NCBI GenBank assembly: GCA_963675525.2
Contig: CAXXSL010000008.1
Span: 209,819-273,818 of the forward strand
Reading direction: 5' to 3'
From: Anaerohalosphaeraceae bacterium
GTDB lineage: Bacteria > Planctomycetota > Phycisphaerae > Sedimentisphaerales > Anaerohalosphaeraceae
DNA: 64,000 nt
The stretch's first letter is position 1; the number at the start of each line of letters is the position of its first letter. The notes beneath the pieces were generated by a model, which worked only from the letters and a program-made list of their open reading frames with translations, had not been told where the DNA came from and did no database searches. Both the position numbers and the translations under genes were made by a program. Positions 1 to 9,015 of this stretch are shown piece by piece.

Positions 1-1198
1 CGGCGCGAGACACCGTCGCCAGATGCACCCCGACCTCGTCGGCGATCGTGGCCATCGGCAGCGGCCGCAAATGAAGCTTGCCTTTGGAGAAAAACTCTTT
101 CTGATGCCGAACGATCGCACCGGCGACTCTCAACAGGGTTTGTTTCCGCTGCTGGATGGCATCCATAAACCATTGTGCCGAACGAATGTTTTTTTGTAAG
201 AACTGCCGCGTCTGTTCATCGACGCCCCGATTGCGTGCCATCTTTTCATAGAAATTATTGACTCGCAGGTTCAACTGCTGCGTGTCTCTGAGCCGCACGG
301 TATATCCCTCAGCCTCATCCTGCTCAATGATCACATCGGCCATGACGGGATGATTTTCATTTCGCCCCACCAAAAGACCCGGCGAGGTATCCAGTTTGCT
401 CATGCGTTCGATCGCGAGGTTGACTCGCTCAACACTGCAATCCATTTTTTTGGCAATCTGCGGAAGATGATTTTCAAGCAACTCGTCCCAGTGCTCGCGG
501 ACCAGACGCATTTCAAACAACATCTCGTCGGATGACTGAAGCATCTGGATCAACAGGCATTCCTGAACGTTGCGAGCCCCTACACCGGTCGGCTCAAGTT
601 TCTGCACCAACTCGAGCGCCTGCTGAAGATGTTCGATGCCGAAGTCCTGTTTGTCCCTATTCTGCAATTGTTCCAGGTGAATCGTCAGGTAGCCTTTTTC
701 GTCCAGGTAATCAATAATCAACTCGCCGGCAGCCTTGACCTTTTCGTCAGCATCGATCAATCGCCATTGTTCTTTTAAAGAATCGTTCAAGGACTGGCCT
801 GTCGCCGCGGTGTTCTGAAGGGCCTCCATTTTTTTGTCGGGATCACCGCTGGCATGCTGATGCTGCACGCGATAGCTGAAGGCTTCAGAACCGTTCACAT
901 AGTCGCCAAACTCGGTGTCCATATTTTCCAGGCGCTGGAAATCCTCGACATGATCGGAATCTTCCCCCACCACCAACTCCTGACTTTCGGGTATATCGGG
1001 GGTATCATCTTCGATTGTTTCAACCTGCTCCGGCGGCTCTTCGACCAGTTCCAAAACGGGATTACTGTTCAATTCCGTTTCGATCTTTTCCTGTAATGCC
1101 ATCAGCGGAAGCTGCAAAACCTCCATCGACTGAATCATGCGCGGAGCCAGCTTCATCTTCTGCTCCATCCGCATTTGACCGGTCATCGAAAGTTTCAT
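1..1198 (-). CDS. rpoN: RNA polymerase sigma-54 factor, 3' end beyond window edge
   Basis: Not in the ORF track. The minus strand from ATG 1198 (or 1204) reads MKLSMTGQMRMEQKMKLAPRMIQSMEVLQLPLMALQEKIETELNSNPVLE, the sigma-54 region I pattern; later EPTGVGARNVQECLL and LRPLPMATIADEVGVHLATVSR (HTH). Confidence 0.93.
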   Translation of the reverse strand, partial: MKLSMTGQMRMEQKMKLAPRMIQSMEVLQLPLMALQEKIETELNSNPVLELVEEPPEQVETIEDDTPDIPESQELVVGEDSDHVEDFQRLENMDTEFGDYVNGSEAFSYRVQHQHASGDPDKKMEALQNTAATGQSLNDSLKEQWRLIDADEKVKAAGELIIDYLDEKGYLTIHLEQLQNRDKQDFGIEHLQQALELVQKLEPTGVGARNVQECLLIQMLQSSDEMLFEMRLVREHWDELLENHLPQIAKKMDCSVERVNLAIERMSKLDTSPGLLVGRNENHPVMADVIIEQDEAEGYTVRLRDTQQLNLRVNNFYEKMARNRGVDEQTRQFLQKNIRSAQWFMDAIQQRKQTLLRVAGAIVRHQKEFFSKGKLHLRPLPMATIADEVGVHLATVSRA

Positions 1199-1304
1199 GG
1201 ACATACGCTAAGTCCTTTATTAATAGTGTTTAACATAGCTGACATACAGTATAGCAGGTTGAAAGCAAAAATCATACCGTTTTTTCAAAATTGGCAAAAT
1301 AGAT

Positions 1305-1907
1305 TCAAAATCCAGTGCGATTCAGGATCGCATCGGTCAGAATCGAACCCGTTGAAAATTCGATGCTGGAACCGGCCGGAAGACCGCGGGCCAGTCGTGT
1401 CACTTTGATATTGAACGGCTGCAGCAATGAATGGATGTAAAGCGATGTTCCATCGCCTTCGAGGTTGGGGTTGGTTGCCATAACAACTTCATTGACGGAA
1501 CCTTCGCGAATACGCTTGATCAGTGCATCAATGGTCAAATCATCCGGTTCGATCCCTTCCAACGGAGCAATGTGCCCATTAAGTACGTGATAGGTCCACT
1601 TGCAAAGCCCTGTTTTCTCGAGGCTGATAACATCCTTGGGTTGTTCAACCACACAAATTACGGTGTGATCGCGCCGGGAATCGGAACAAATAGAACATAT
1701 CTTCGACTCGGCCAGATTAAAACAAACCTGACATTGATGAATATTCTGTTTGACGCTGGAAATGGCATTTGCCAGTGCCATCGCATCCGGGACATCGGAT
1801 TTTAAGATATAAAATGCCAGGCGTTCGGCCGTTTTGGGGCCAATGCCGGGAAGTTTTCCGAATTGCTCAACAAGCTCATTTAAACTCTTTGTATAAGCCG
1901 GATTCAT
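1305..1907 (-). CDS. recR: Recombination mediator RecR
   Basis: LPGIGPKTAERLA HhH, C4 zinc finger, TOPRIM (VVEQPKD, ATNPNLEGD); start overlaps the dnaX stop. Confidence 0.97.
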   Translation of the reverse strand: MNPAYTKSLNELVEQFGKLPGIGPKTAERLAFYILKSDVPDAMALANAISSVKQNIHQCQVCFNLAESKICSICSDSRRDHTVICVVEQPKDVISLEKTGLCKWTYHVLNGHIAPLEGIEPDDLTIDALIKRIREGSVNEVVMATNPNLEGDGTSLYIHSLLQPFNIKVTRLARGLPAGSSIEFSTGSILTDAILNRTGF

Positions 1908-3607
1908 GCTTCGTCCACCATTTGCTCTTCAACCTCTAGCGGTTCTTCGACTCGAATCTTCTGGATATCAACCGGAGTTGCATCGAGGGCCTTGAGTATT
2001 ATTTGCACCGCCGGATCATTCAGCACTTCATTGCGCTGAGCACGATTGGCCTGTGGCGGAACCACTTCTTTTTTTGAACTCGATTCAACCGCATGGCCTT
2101 CTGAAAAACGAACCGTCACGGTTTTTGAAAGCATCTGCGAAAAAACCACCTCCAGGATGCCCGCTTTTCGTTCACACATACTTTTGGCCAGTTGACCCTG
2201 GCCGGTCTTGCCGAATTGTATCTCAAGAACATCATTTTGATAACTGACCGGCCGTCCCTGCTGGAGAAACATCGCCAGTGAGGCGTCCTTCTCTGAAAAA
2301 GCTTCGGCTATCGCCGGCCATGATGACCGAATGGATCCAATGGTTGCTTCTACCGAAACGCCTGTCGGCACCTTTTGCGAGACGGCATGGCCACTGGAAA
2401 CGACCGAGGCTGATGATGGTCCACTGTCAGCGGCTATCAACTTTTTTTTTACGTCTGTCGGGGCTCGATGCAAACCAACGGCCGACGCATTCAGTTGAGC
2501 CAGGCCGATAAAATGTTCGCTCAACGCCAGACGCAACAGCAGCGCCTCAAGCAGTGCCCGATTGGTATCGCTGCTGCGAAGTGTCCAGCGAAGTTTTTCC
2601 ATGGCTGTGATATTGTATATTAACGCCGGTACATCAAAACCCTCTGCGATCCCTGCGATCTGCTTTTTTTCTTCGGTGGTCAGTACCAGCACCTTTGAGT
2701 CGGCCCCGGCACACAAAAACACCATCAAATCCCGCATATTATCGATCAGTAAATCACAAATCTGGCCGGCACTTTGACCACTGTCGATCAACTGATCGAT
2801 CGCATCCAATACGTCTGCGGCGTTACCGGCGGCGATGCCGGACAGTAAATTCATAACCTTCTGCCTGTCCGGAATTCCCACCAGTTCATTCAACTGACCG
2901 GCCGTCAGGGGTTGTTGACCGGCACTGATGAGTTGATCCAGCAGACTCAGGGCATCCCGCATAGAACCGCTGGCCAGACGGGACAAATAAACGATCAAAT
3001 CGTCTTCGTATGTGATCTTTTCGTCTTTGAGGATTTTTTTGAGCTGCTGGCCGATCACCTCAGCACTGATGTTCTGGAAATCAAATCGCTGACAACGGGA
3101 TTGGATCGTCGCAAGCACTTTGTTGGGTTCGGTCGTGGCAAAGATAAACTTGACGTGCTCGGGCGGTTCTTCGAGAATTTTCAGCAGTGCGTTAAACGCC
3201 CCGGTGCTGAGCATGTGGACTTCATCGATGATATAAATTTTATATCGTGCCCTTGCAGGCCGATAAATGGCGTTTTCGCGAAGCTGACGAATGTTATCCA
3301 CACCCGTATTGCTGGCACCATCGATCTCAATAACGTCGATATCTTCGCCCTGGTTGACGGACACACAACTGTCGCATTTCAAACACGGGGTTACCGTCGG
3401 GCCGTCGGCTTGAAGACAATTCAGCGACTTGGCGAGAATACGTGCCATGGTGGTTTTGCCCACACCGCGCGTACCGCAAAACAGGTAGGCATGTGCCACG
3501 CGTCCCATCCCGATGGCGTTTTTCAATGTTTTTGCAACGGTATCCTGTCCGACCACGTCGTCAAATGTCTGTGAGCGGTATCTCCGAGCTATAACAGTAT
3601 AGGCCAT
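1904..3607 (-). CDS. dnaX: DNA polymerase III subunit tau/gamma
   Basis: ARRYRSQTF, Walker A GTRGVGKT, IIDEVHML, SRC motif. Confidence 0.97.
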   Translation of the reverse strand: MAYTVIARRYRSQTFDDVVGQDTVAKTLKNAIGMGRVAHAYLFCGTRGVGKTTMARILAKSLNCLQADGPTVTPCLKCDSCVSVNQGEDIDVIEIDGASNTGVDNIRQLRENAIYRPARARYKIYIIDEVHMLSTGAFNALLKILEEPPEHVKFIFATTEPNKVLATIQSRCQRFDFQNISAEVIGQQLKKILKDEKITYEDDLIVYLSRLASGSMRDALSLLDQLISAGQQPLTAGQLNELVGIPDRQKVMNLLSGIAAGNAADVLDAIDQLIDSGQSAGQICDLLIDNMRDLMVFLCAGADSKVLVLTTEEKKQIAGIAEGFDVPALIYNITAMEKLRWTLRSSDTNRALLEALLLRLALSEHFIGLAQLNASAVGLHRAPTDVKKKLIAADSGPSSASVVSSGHAVSQKVPTGVSVEATIGSIRSSWPAIAEAFSEKDASLAMFLQQGRPVSYQNDVLEIQFGKTGQGQLAKSMCERKAGILEVVFSQMLSKTVTVRFSEGHAVESSSKKEVVPPQANRAQRNEVLNDPAVQIILKALDATPVDIQKIRVEEPLEVEEQMVDEA

Positions 3608-3723
3608 CAACTATTCCCAATTTCAATTTACAATTTTCCAATTGAAAGTACAGTAAATACCTTATACCAGAACCACATGAAAATCAATTGAAAATAGAAA
3701 ATAGGAATTTGAAAATAAAAAAA

Positions 3724-3823
3724 GGTGGTCGGGTTGGCCACGCACAACAAAGGGTACGCTTATGGCTGCTCGGTTCCCCGCCTGACCAGGTTCGCGTCCA
3801 ATGCTTGCATGGGACCCGACCGC
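3724..3823 (-). ncRNA. ffs: Small bacterial SRP RNA (4.5S)
   Basis: Minus strand reads GCGGTCGGGT...GTCAGG-CGG-GGAA-CCG-AGCAGC...ACCCGACCACC: helix-8 motif with GNRA loop and paired ends, directly upstream of dnaX. Confidence 0.9.
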
Positions 3824-3975
3824 GAATAAATGCGACAATCCCATCTGAAAGTAAGGTTTCACAGTGTATCGTGTCCATTTTACATTTCCAGCAAAAAATC
3901 TACAAAAATCATTTATTCGCCCTTTCATTCGGGTATAATTGCAGAAAACAGCGGTTATTATCAGGAGAGCCGATT

Positions 3976-4158
3976 ATGAATGTCCGGATAGAAGAAAATT
4001 GTACTGCTTGCGGGTTGTGCGTTGACACATGCCCGGATGTGTTCGAAATGGGTGATGAGGTCGCTCTGGTCATCGTCGATGAAGTTCCTGCTGAGATGGA
4101 AGATGCGGTCCAGCAGGCCGCCGACGAGTGCCCTGTCGAAGCTATCGTGGTGGAATGA
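3976..4158 (+). CDS. Single-cluster ferredoxin (60 aa)
   Basis: CTACGLC...CPVEAI; SD AGGAG before ATG 3976 (C-terminal part of the 156-aa track ORF). Confidence 0.9.
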   Translation: MNVRIEENCTACGLCVDTCPDVFEMGDEVALVIVDEVPAEMEDAVQQAADECPVEAIVVE

Positions 4159-4259
4159 CTGATTTAAACACCCTCCCAGATCAAAATTCAGAAGCAACAA
4201 TAAACTGTTGAACACCGGGATTCAACAGCACGATTATTCTATAGTGTAGGAGGCTTTTT

Positions 4260-5177
4260 ATGGAACGACGTCGTTTTCTCGCAACCAGTCTCATATCGGC
4301 CGCAGGAATTCATTTTGCCGCTCAATCACTTTCAGCACAAGAAACGACTCAAGTTCCCCCTGTCAAACCACTGCAGCTTAAGTATGCGCCCGGCCCGGGG
4401 ATGTTTAAAAATCTGGCAGGCAACGATTATTTTGACCAGATCAAATTTATCCACGATCAGGGTTTTGGGGGGTTCTTTGATAACGGTCTGATGGGTAAGC
4501 CGGCAAATATGCAGGAAAAAATCGCCAATACCCTTCGTGACTATAACATGGAACTGGGACCTTTTGTTTTGTACGCGGATTTTGGAGTGAAAAGTTTCGT
4601 AACCCGTAATTCCGACATTCGCACCATGCTGGCCGATAAGATGAAACAAGGCGTCATGACGGCTAAACGGGCCGGGGCTAAGTGGGCGCTTGTTGTACCG
4701 GGACGCTATGACGAGAGCCTTGAATGGGATTACCAGACGGCCAATGTCGTAGATAACTTGAAATACTGTGCCGAGATTTGCCAGGAAGCCGGATTGACGA
4801 TTGTTATCGAACCCCTGAATCCGCACGACCACCCGGGACTGTTTTTAACCAAAATTCCTCAAGCCTACCAAATCTGTAAAGCCGTTAACAACCCATCCTG
4901 TAAAATTATCAACGATCTGTATCACCAGCAAATCACCGAAGGCAATCTGATCAACAACATTGACCGGGCTTGGGACCAAATTGGCGCGTTTCATCTCGGT
5001 GATAATCCGGGACGCAAAGAGCCCGGAACCGGTGAGATCAATTACAAAACCATTTTTAAACATCTCCATCAAAAAGGATACAATGGTATCTTGTGCATGG
5101 AGCATGGTATCAGCGGCAACGGTCGTGAGGGAGAGATCGCGCTGATCGAAGCGTATCGTGCATGTGACAGTTTCTAA
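4260..5177 (+). CDS. Tat-exported hydroxypyruvate-isomerase/xylose-isomerase-like TIM-barrel protein
   Basis: RRRFL Tat motif; IEPLN, DLYHQQ, GDNPGRKEPGTGEIN, MEH motifs. Confidence 0.85.
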   Translation: MERRRFLATSLISAAGIHFAAQSLSAQETTQVPPVKPLQLKYAPGPGMFKNLAGNDYFDQIKFIHDQGFGGFFDNGLMGKPANMQEKIANTLRDYNMELGPFVLYADFGVKSFVTRNSDIRTMLADKMKQGVMTAKRAGAKWALVVPGRYDESLEWDYQTANVVDNLKYCAEICQEAGLTIVIEPLNPHDHPGLFLTKIPQAYQICKAVNNPSCKIINDLYHQQITEGNLINNIDRAWDQIGAFHLGDNPGRKEPGTGEINYKTIFKHLHQKGYNGILCMEHGISGNGREGEIALIEAYRACDSF

Positions 5178-5202
5178 AATCAAACTAAAAAAGGGAGTCG
5201 AA

Positions 5203-5835
5203 ATGCGATCAAAAACCAAATGTCTCACATTATTTTGCAGTTTCTTTGTCATGCTGTTTGTACTGAGCGGTTGCTCGCAAAACATCGCCTTATTGAACGG
5301 GAAAAATCTGGACGGTTGGAAGCCGGTGCTGTCGAATAGCGATGCCGACCCGGCGGATGTCTGGTCGGTAAAGGATGGTGTACTGCGATGTGAAGGAACC
5401 CCTAACGGTTACATCCGTACGGCAAGTCACTATTCGAATTATAAACTGCATCTGGAATGGCGATGGACCGACAAACCGACGAACAGCGGGATTCTGCTGC
5501 ATATCACGGGAGAAGATAAGATCTGGCCCAACTGCATCGAAGCTCAGTTAATGTATCAAAATGCCGGCGATTTCTACGCCATCGGAGGAACCGGCTTTAA
5601 CGAGCTTAAAGAAGGTAATCGGCTTGAGAAAAAGTACGCCACTAACGAAACGGAGCCGGGCCAATGGAATACGTATGATATTGTCTGCATAGACCATACC
5701 ATTACATTGCATGTCAATGGACTTCTGCAGAATCAGGCATCCGGAACCAGTATCAACTCCGGAATGATCGGATTGCAATCAGAAGGCTCCCCCATCGAAT
5801 TCAGAAATATAATACTTACACCGATTAAAAAGTAA
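5203..5835 (+). CDS. DUF1080 (3-keto-disaccharide hydrolase-like) lipoprotein
   Basis: Lipobox LSGC; LLNGKNLDGW, NSGI, GQWNTYDI, IGLQSEG, FRNI motifs. Confidence 0.85.
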   Translation: MRSKTKCLTLFCSFFVMLFVLSGCSQNIALLNGKNLDGWKPVLSNSDADPADVWSVKDGVLRCEGTPNGYIRTASHYSNYKLHLEWRWTDKPTNSGILLHITGEDKIWPNCIEAQLMYQNAGDFYAIGGTGFNELKEGNRLEKKYATNETEPGQWNTYDIVCIDHTITLHVNGLLQNQASGTSINSGMIGLQSEGSPIEFRNIILTPIKK

Positions 5836-5844
5836 GGAATGATC

Positions 5845-7122
5845 ATGGACCGAAGAGAATTTGTAAAGAATGCTGCTGTTATCTCCGCGGGCGCAATGGC
5901 ATTATCCAACAGTGCATTGTTTGCTGCGGGCTCGGAATTAATGAAAGTGGCCCTGGTCGGCTGCGGCGGACGCGGTCAAGATGCTCTGGACAACTTTCAG
6001 GAAGCGGCCGGACATGTGGGAATTGCAATTGAGATTGTCGGATTGGCGGATTTTTTCAAGGATCAGGCTCTTGCGGCAGCTAAGAAATTCGGTGTTTCGG
6101 AGGACCTTGTTTTTAAAGGCGCCACCGGCTATAAGGATATTATGAAAACCGACGCCGACGTGGTGCTGCTGGTGACGCCCCCGAATTTCAGACCGATTCA
6201 CCTGGAAGCGGCGATTGCGGCGGGCAAACATGTCTTCATGGAAAAGCCGGTTGCTGTCGATCCACCCGGGGCACGCAAAATCATGGCGGTCGGAGAACTG
6301 GCCAAACAAAAAGGTCTTGCAATCGTTGCTGGAACCCAGCGCCGACACGAGCTCGAATATCTCAAAACCCAATATGCCATCGAAAAAGGAGCCATCGGCG
6401 CGATTCGCGGCGGCTCAGTTTACTGGTGCGGCGGCGCCCTATGGTATAAAGATCGCAATCCCGGCGAAGATGACGCGTCCTACATGGTTCGCAACTGGGT
6501 GAGCTTTACCGAAATGTCCGGAGACCATATCGTTGAGCAACACGTCCATAATCTTGATGTGGCCAACTGGTTTATCGGCAGAAATCCGGTTTCAGCGATT
6601 GGATTTGGCGGACGAGCCCGTCGGAAAACCGGCAATCAATTTGACTTCTTCAGCATCGACCTCGATTACGGAGACGATGTGAGATTACACAGCATGTGCC
6701 GTCAGATCAACGGAACTTATACACGGGTATCGGAAATGTTTACGGGAACACTGGGAGGAACCTGGGGAACCGGCCCCGCTAAGGACGGGTTCGCAAAAGA
6801 AGTTGAAATCCCCGATATGCCTTATGTCGGAAATCCCTATGTGCAGGAGCATGTCGATCTGATCAACAGCATTCGCGAGGGGAAACCGCTGAACGAAGCA
6901 ACGAATGTCGGGAGTTCTACGCTGACCGGCATCATGGGACGCATCAGCGCTTATACCGGGAAACTGGTCCGCTGGAAAGACCTTGTTGACGCAAACAGCG
7001 GATCGCCCTGGTATAATCTTGCAATGAGTCCCACGCCGGAGGACTTTGAAAACGGAACCGTTAAGGCTCCTGCAGATGACATTGTACCTATTCCGGGCAG
7101 CAGCAAAAGGCCAGAGGCTTGA
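5845..7122 (+). CDS. Tat-exported Gfo/Idh/MocA oxidoreductase
   Basis: DRREFVK Tat motif; GCGGRG, HVFMEKP, GTQRRH, EQHVHNLD. Confidence 0.9.
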   Translation: MDRREFVKNAAVISAGAMALSNSALFAAGSELMKVALVGCGGRGQDALDNFQEAAGHVGIAIEIVGLADFFKDQALAAAKKFGVSEDLVFKGATGYKDIMKTDADVVLLVTPPNFRPIHLEAAIAAGKHVFMEKPVAVDPPGARKIMAVGELAKQKGLAIVAGTQRRHELEYLKTQYAIEKGAIGAIRGGSVYWCGGALWYKDRNPGEDDASYMVRNWVSFTEMSGDHIVEQHVHNLDVANWFIGRNPVSAIGFGGRARRKTGNQFDFFSIDLDYGDDVRLHSMCRQINGTYTRVSEMFTGTLGGTWGTGPAKDGFAKEVEIPDMPYVGNPYVQEHVDLINSIREGKPLNEATNVGSSTLTGIMGRISAYTGKLVRWKDLVDANSGSPWYNLAMSPTPEDFENGTVKAPADDIVPIPGSSKRPEA

Positions 7123-7151
7123 TTCTGTATAAAACAGGGATGATTATTTTT

Positions 7152-7964
7152 TTAGGTAGCGGACAATTCTTTGCCGCGATTGCGTGCCGCCGCCAAGGCC
7201 CGCAGTACCGTTTCGGAAATTCCCTTTTCGGCAAAGACTTTCAAGGCAGCTTCGGTTGTACCGCCGGGGCTGGTTACTTTTTGGCGTAAAATGGCGGGAT
7301 CTTCACCGTTTTCCTGTGCCGCTTCGGCCAGTAAGGCAGCGCCTTTGGCGGTTTGCAGTACGAGTTTTTTGGCGTCGACTTCGGTCAGACCCAGCGATAC
7401 ACCCGCCTTGATCATCTCTTCCATGAGCAGGAAGAAATAGGCCGGGCCGGAACCACTGACGGCAGTCACGGCATCGATGAGCTCTTCGTTGTCCACTACG
7501 ACGGCTTTGCCTACCGAGGTACAAATATCGAGTGCGGCTTTGAGATTTTCCTCTGTAGCCGCGGCATTATACAAACCACTTGCACCGGCTGAAACCAATG
7601 CAGGCGTATTGGGCATGACACGAACAATCTGCACATCGCCCAGATTGGCGCGAATGGATGCGGTCCTGATACCGGCCGCAATTGAAATGACCAGCGCATC
7701 GGGCTTCAATGTGCCGGCGATGGCCTTCAGTATATCGGGCATGACCTGCGGCTTGACACTTAGAACAACTATATCGGCCTGTCGGGTCAGTTCGGTATTA
7801 TCCTTCGTTGTCCGGATATTATATTGGGTCTTCAACTCGTCCAGCCGTTCGGGACGCACATCCGAAACCCAAATGCTGTCCGCTTTAAACAGACCGGCTT
7901 TCAGCACACCCTCCAGAAGGGCCTGGGCCATATTCCCGCCGCCGATAAATCCGATTGTTTTCAT
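7152..7964 (-). CDS. proC: Pyrroline-5-carboxylate reductase
   Basis: IGFIGGGNMA, RVMPNTP, SGSGPAY, VTSPGGTT. Confidence 0.96.
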   Translation of the reverse strand: MKTIGFIGGGNMAQALLEGVLKAGLFKADSIWVSDVRPERLDELKTQYNIRTTKDNTELTRQADIVVLSVKPQVMPDILKAIAGTLKPDALVISIAAGIRTASIRANLGDVQIVRVMPNTPALVSAGASGLYNAAATEENLKAALDICTSVGKAVVVDNEELIDAVTAVSGSGPAYFFLLMEEMIKAGVSLGLTEVDAKKLVLQTAKGAALLAEAAQENGEDPAILRQKVTSPGGTTEAALKVFAEKGISETVLRALAAARNRGKELSAT

Positions 7965-8105
7965 AGTCCATTCCTTATTTACTTTAAGACACATTCCGAT
8001 ATGATATTATCCAAAATGACTCGTCAGGTAAACTGTTTTTCTGTTTTTACTTTTTTTTCATTTTTCCGGAACGTTTAACGCTTCCGGGACGACTTAGATT
8101 GTGAA

Positions 8106-8648
8106 ATGGTACAGGAAAAGGCGAAAATTTATCACGAATTACTGGTTTTGCAGGCTCAGGCCGGAAATCGGGATTCGTTTGAGATGCTTGTGAAGCTTTG
8201 GGAAAAGCCGTTTTTTTCGTATGCCCGGGCCTACCTTGGCTCTGAAACGGCGGCCTGGGACAGCGTGCAGGAGACGTGGTTGGTTATCATCCGAAAGCTG
8301 AATTCACTGAGCCATCCGGCCAAGTTTAAAAGCTGGGCTTTTCGGATTCTCACCAATAAATGTGCCGACCATTTTCGGAAAATCTCGAAAGAGAGAAAAA
8401 TCGAACAAGCCTTTGTAAAAGAGATGAATCATGAGGATGCCGGAAACCTTAAAAATGAAGCGCTTCAAAAAGCGATGCGGCAACTAACTTCCGAACAGAA
8501 AACACTGGTGCTGCTGCGATTTAATCAGAACATGAGTATTTTTGAAATTTCAAAAACATTAGATATCCCGGAAGGCACGGTCAAATCCCGGCTTCACCGG
8601 ACACTGAACGAACTGAAACTGTCCATTCAAGGAGACGAACATGAATAA
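8106..8648 (+). CDS. ECF sigma factor
   Basis: Region 2 (DSVQETW...FKSWAFRI) and region 4 (IPEGTVKSRLHR). Confidence 0.92.
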   Translation: MVQEKAKIYHELLVLQAQAGNRDSFEMLVKLWEKPFFSYARAYLGSETAAWDSVQETWLVIIRKLNSLSHPAKFKSWAFRILTNKCADHFRKISKERKIEQAFVKEMNHEDAGNLKNEALQKAMRQLTSEQKTLVLLRFNQNMSIFEISKTLDIPEGTVKSRLHRTLNELKLSIQGDEHE

Positions 8649-9015
8649 CGATATTGAAAGTAAACTGAACGAATTGTTAAAAATGAAAGATGATTTGGAC
8701 GAACTTAAGTCCGAACGCAAACAGCAGGAGACCGTCGATGATTTTGAGAAAAAGCAGAAAACCTTAAAAATCTGGTACTATGTCTGGCTGGTGGTTTGTG
8801 TTATCATCTGTTGTGCAGGTCTGGCGGGAATGGAGCATAACAGCGATCCCTATAAATGGAACGGTTTGTTTATGGCATTGGTCGGATTCAATTCGACGAT
8901 TATGATCAAAATTTGGTATTTCATCAAAGAAACCAAACTCAGTATTCTGCAGGAAATGAAACAGTTGCAAATACAGGTTGCCAAACTGCGACTTAAAAAT
9001 GGAAGCCATGATTAA
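8641..9015 (+). CDS. Two-TM membrane protein, probable anti-sigma partner
   Basis: Overlaps the ECF stop; coiled N-terminus plus two hydrophobic segments. Confidence 0.6.
   Translation: MNNDIESKLNELLKMKDDLDELKSERKQQETVDDFEKKQKTLKIWYYVWLVVCVIICCAGLAGMEHNSDPYKWNGLFMALVGFNSTIMIKIWYFIKETKLSILQEMKQLQIQVAKLRLKNGSHD

Noticed and set aside
3688..3975. N-terminal 96 aa of the 156-aa ORF
   Set aside because: Overlaps the SRP RNA; the real ferredoxin starts at ATG 3976 after an SD.
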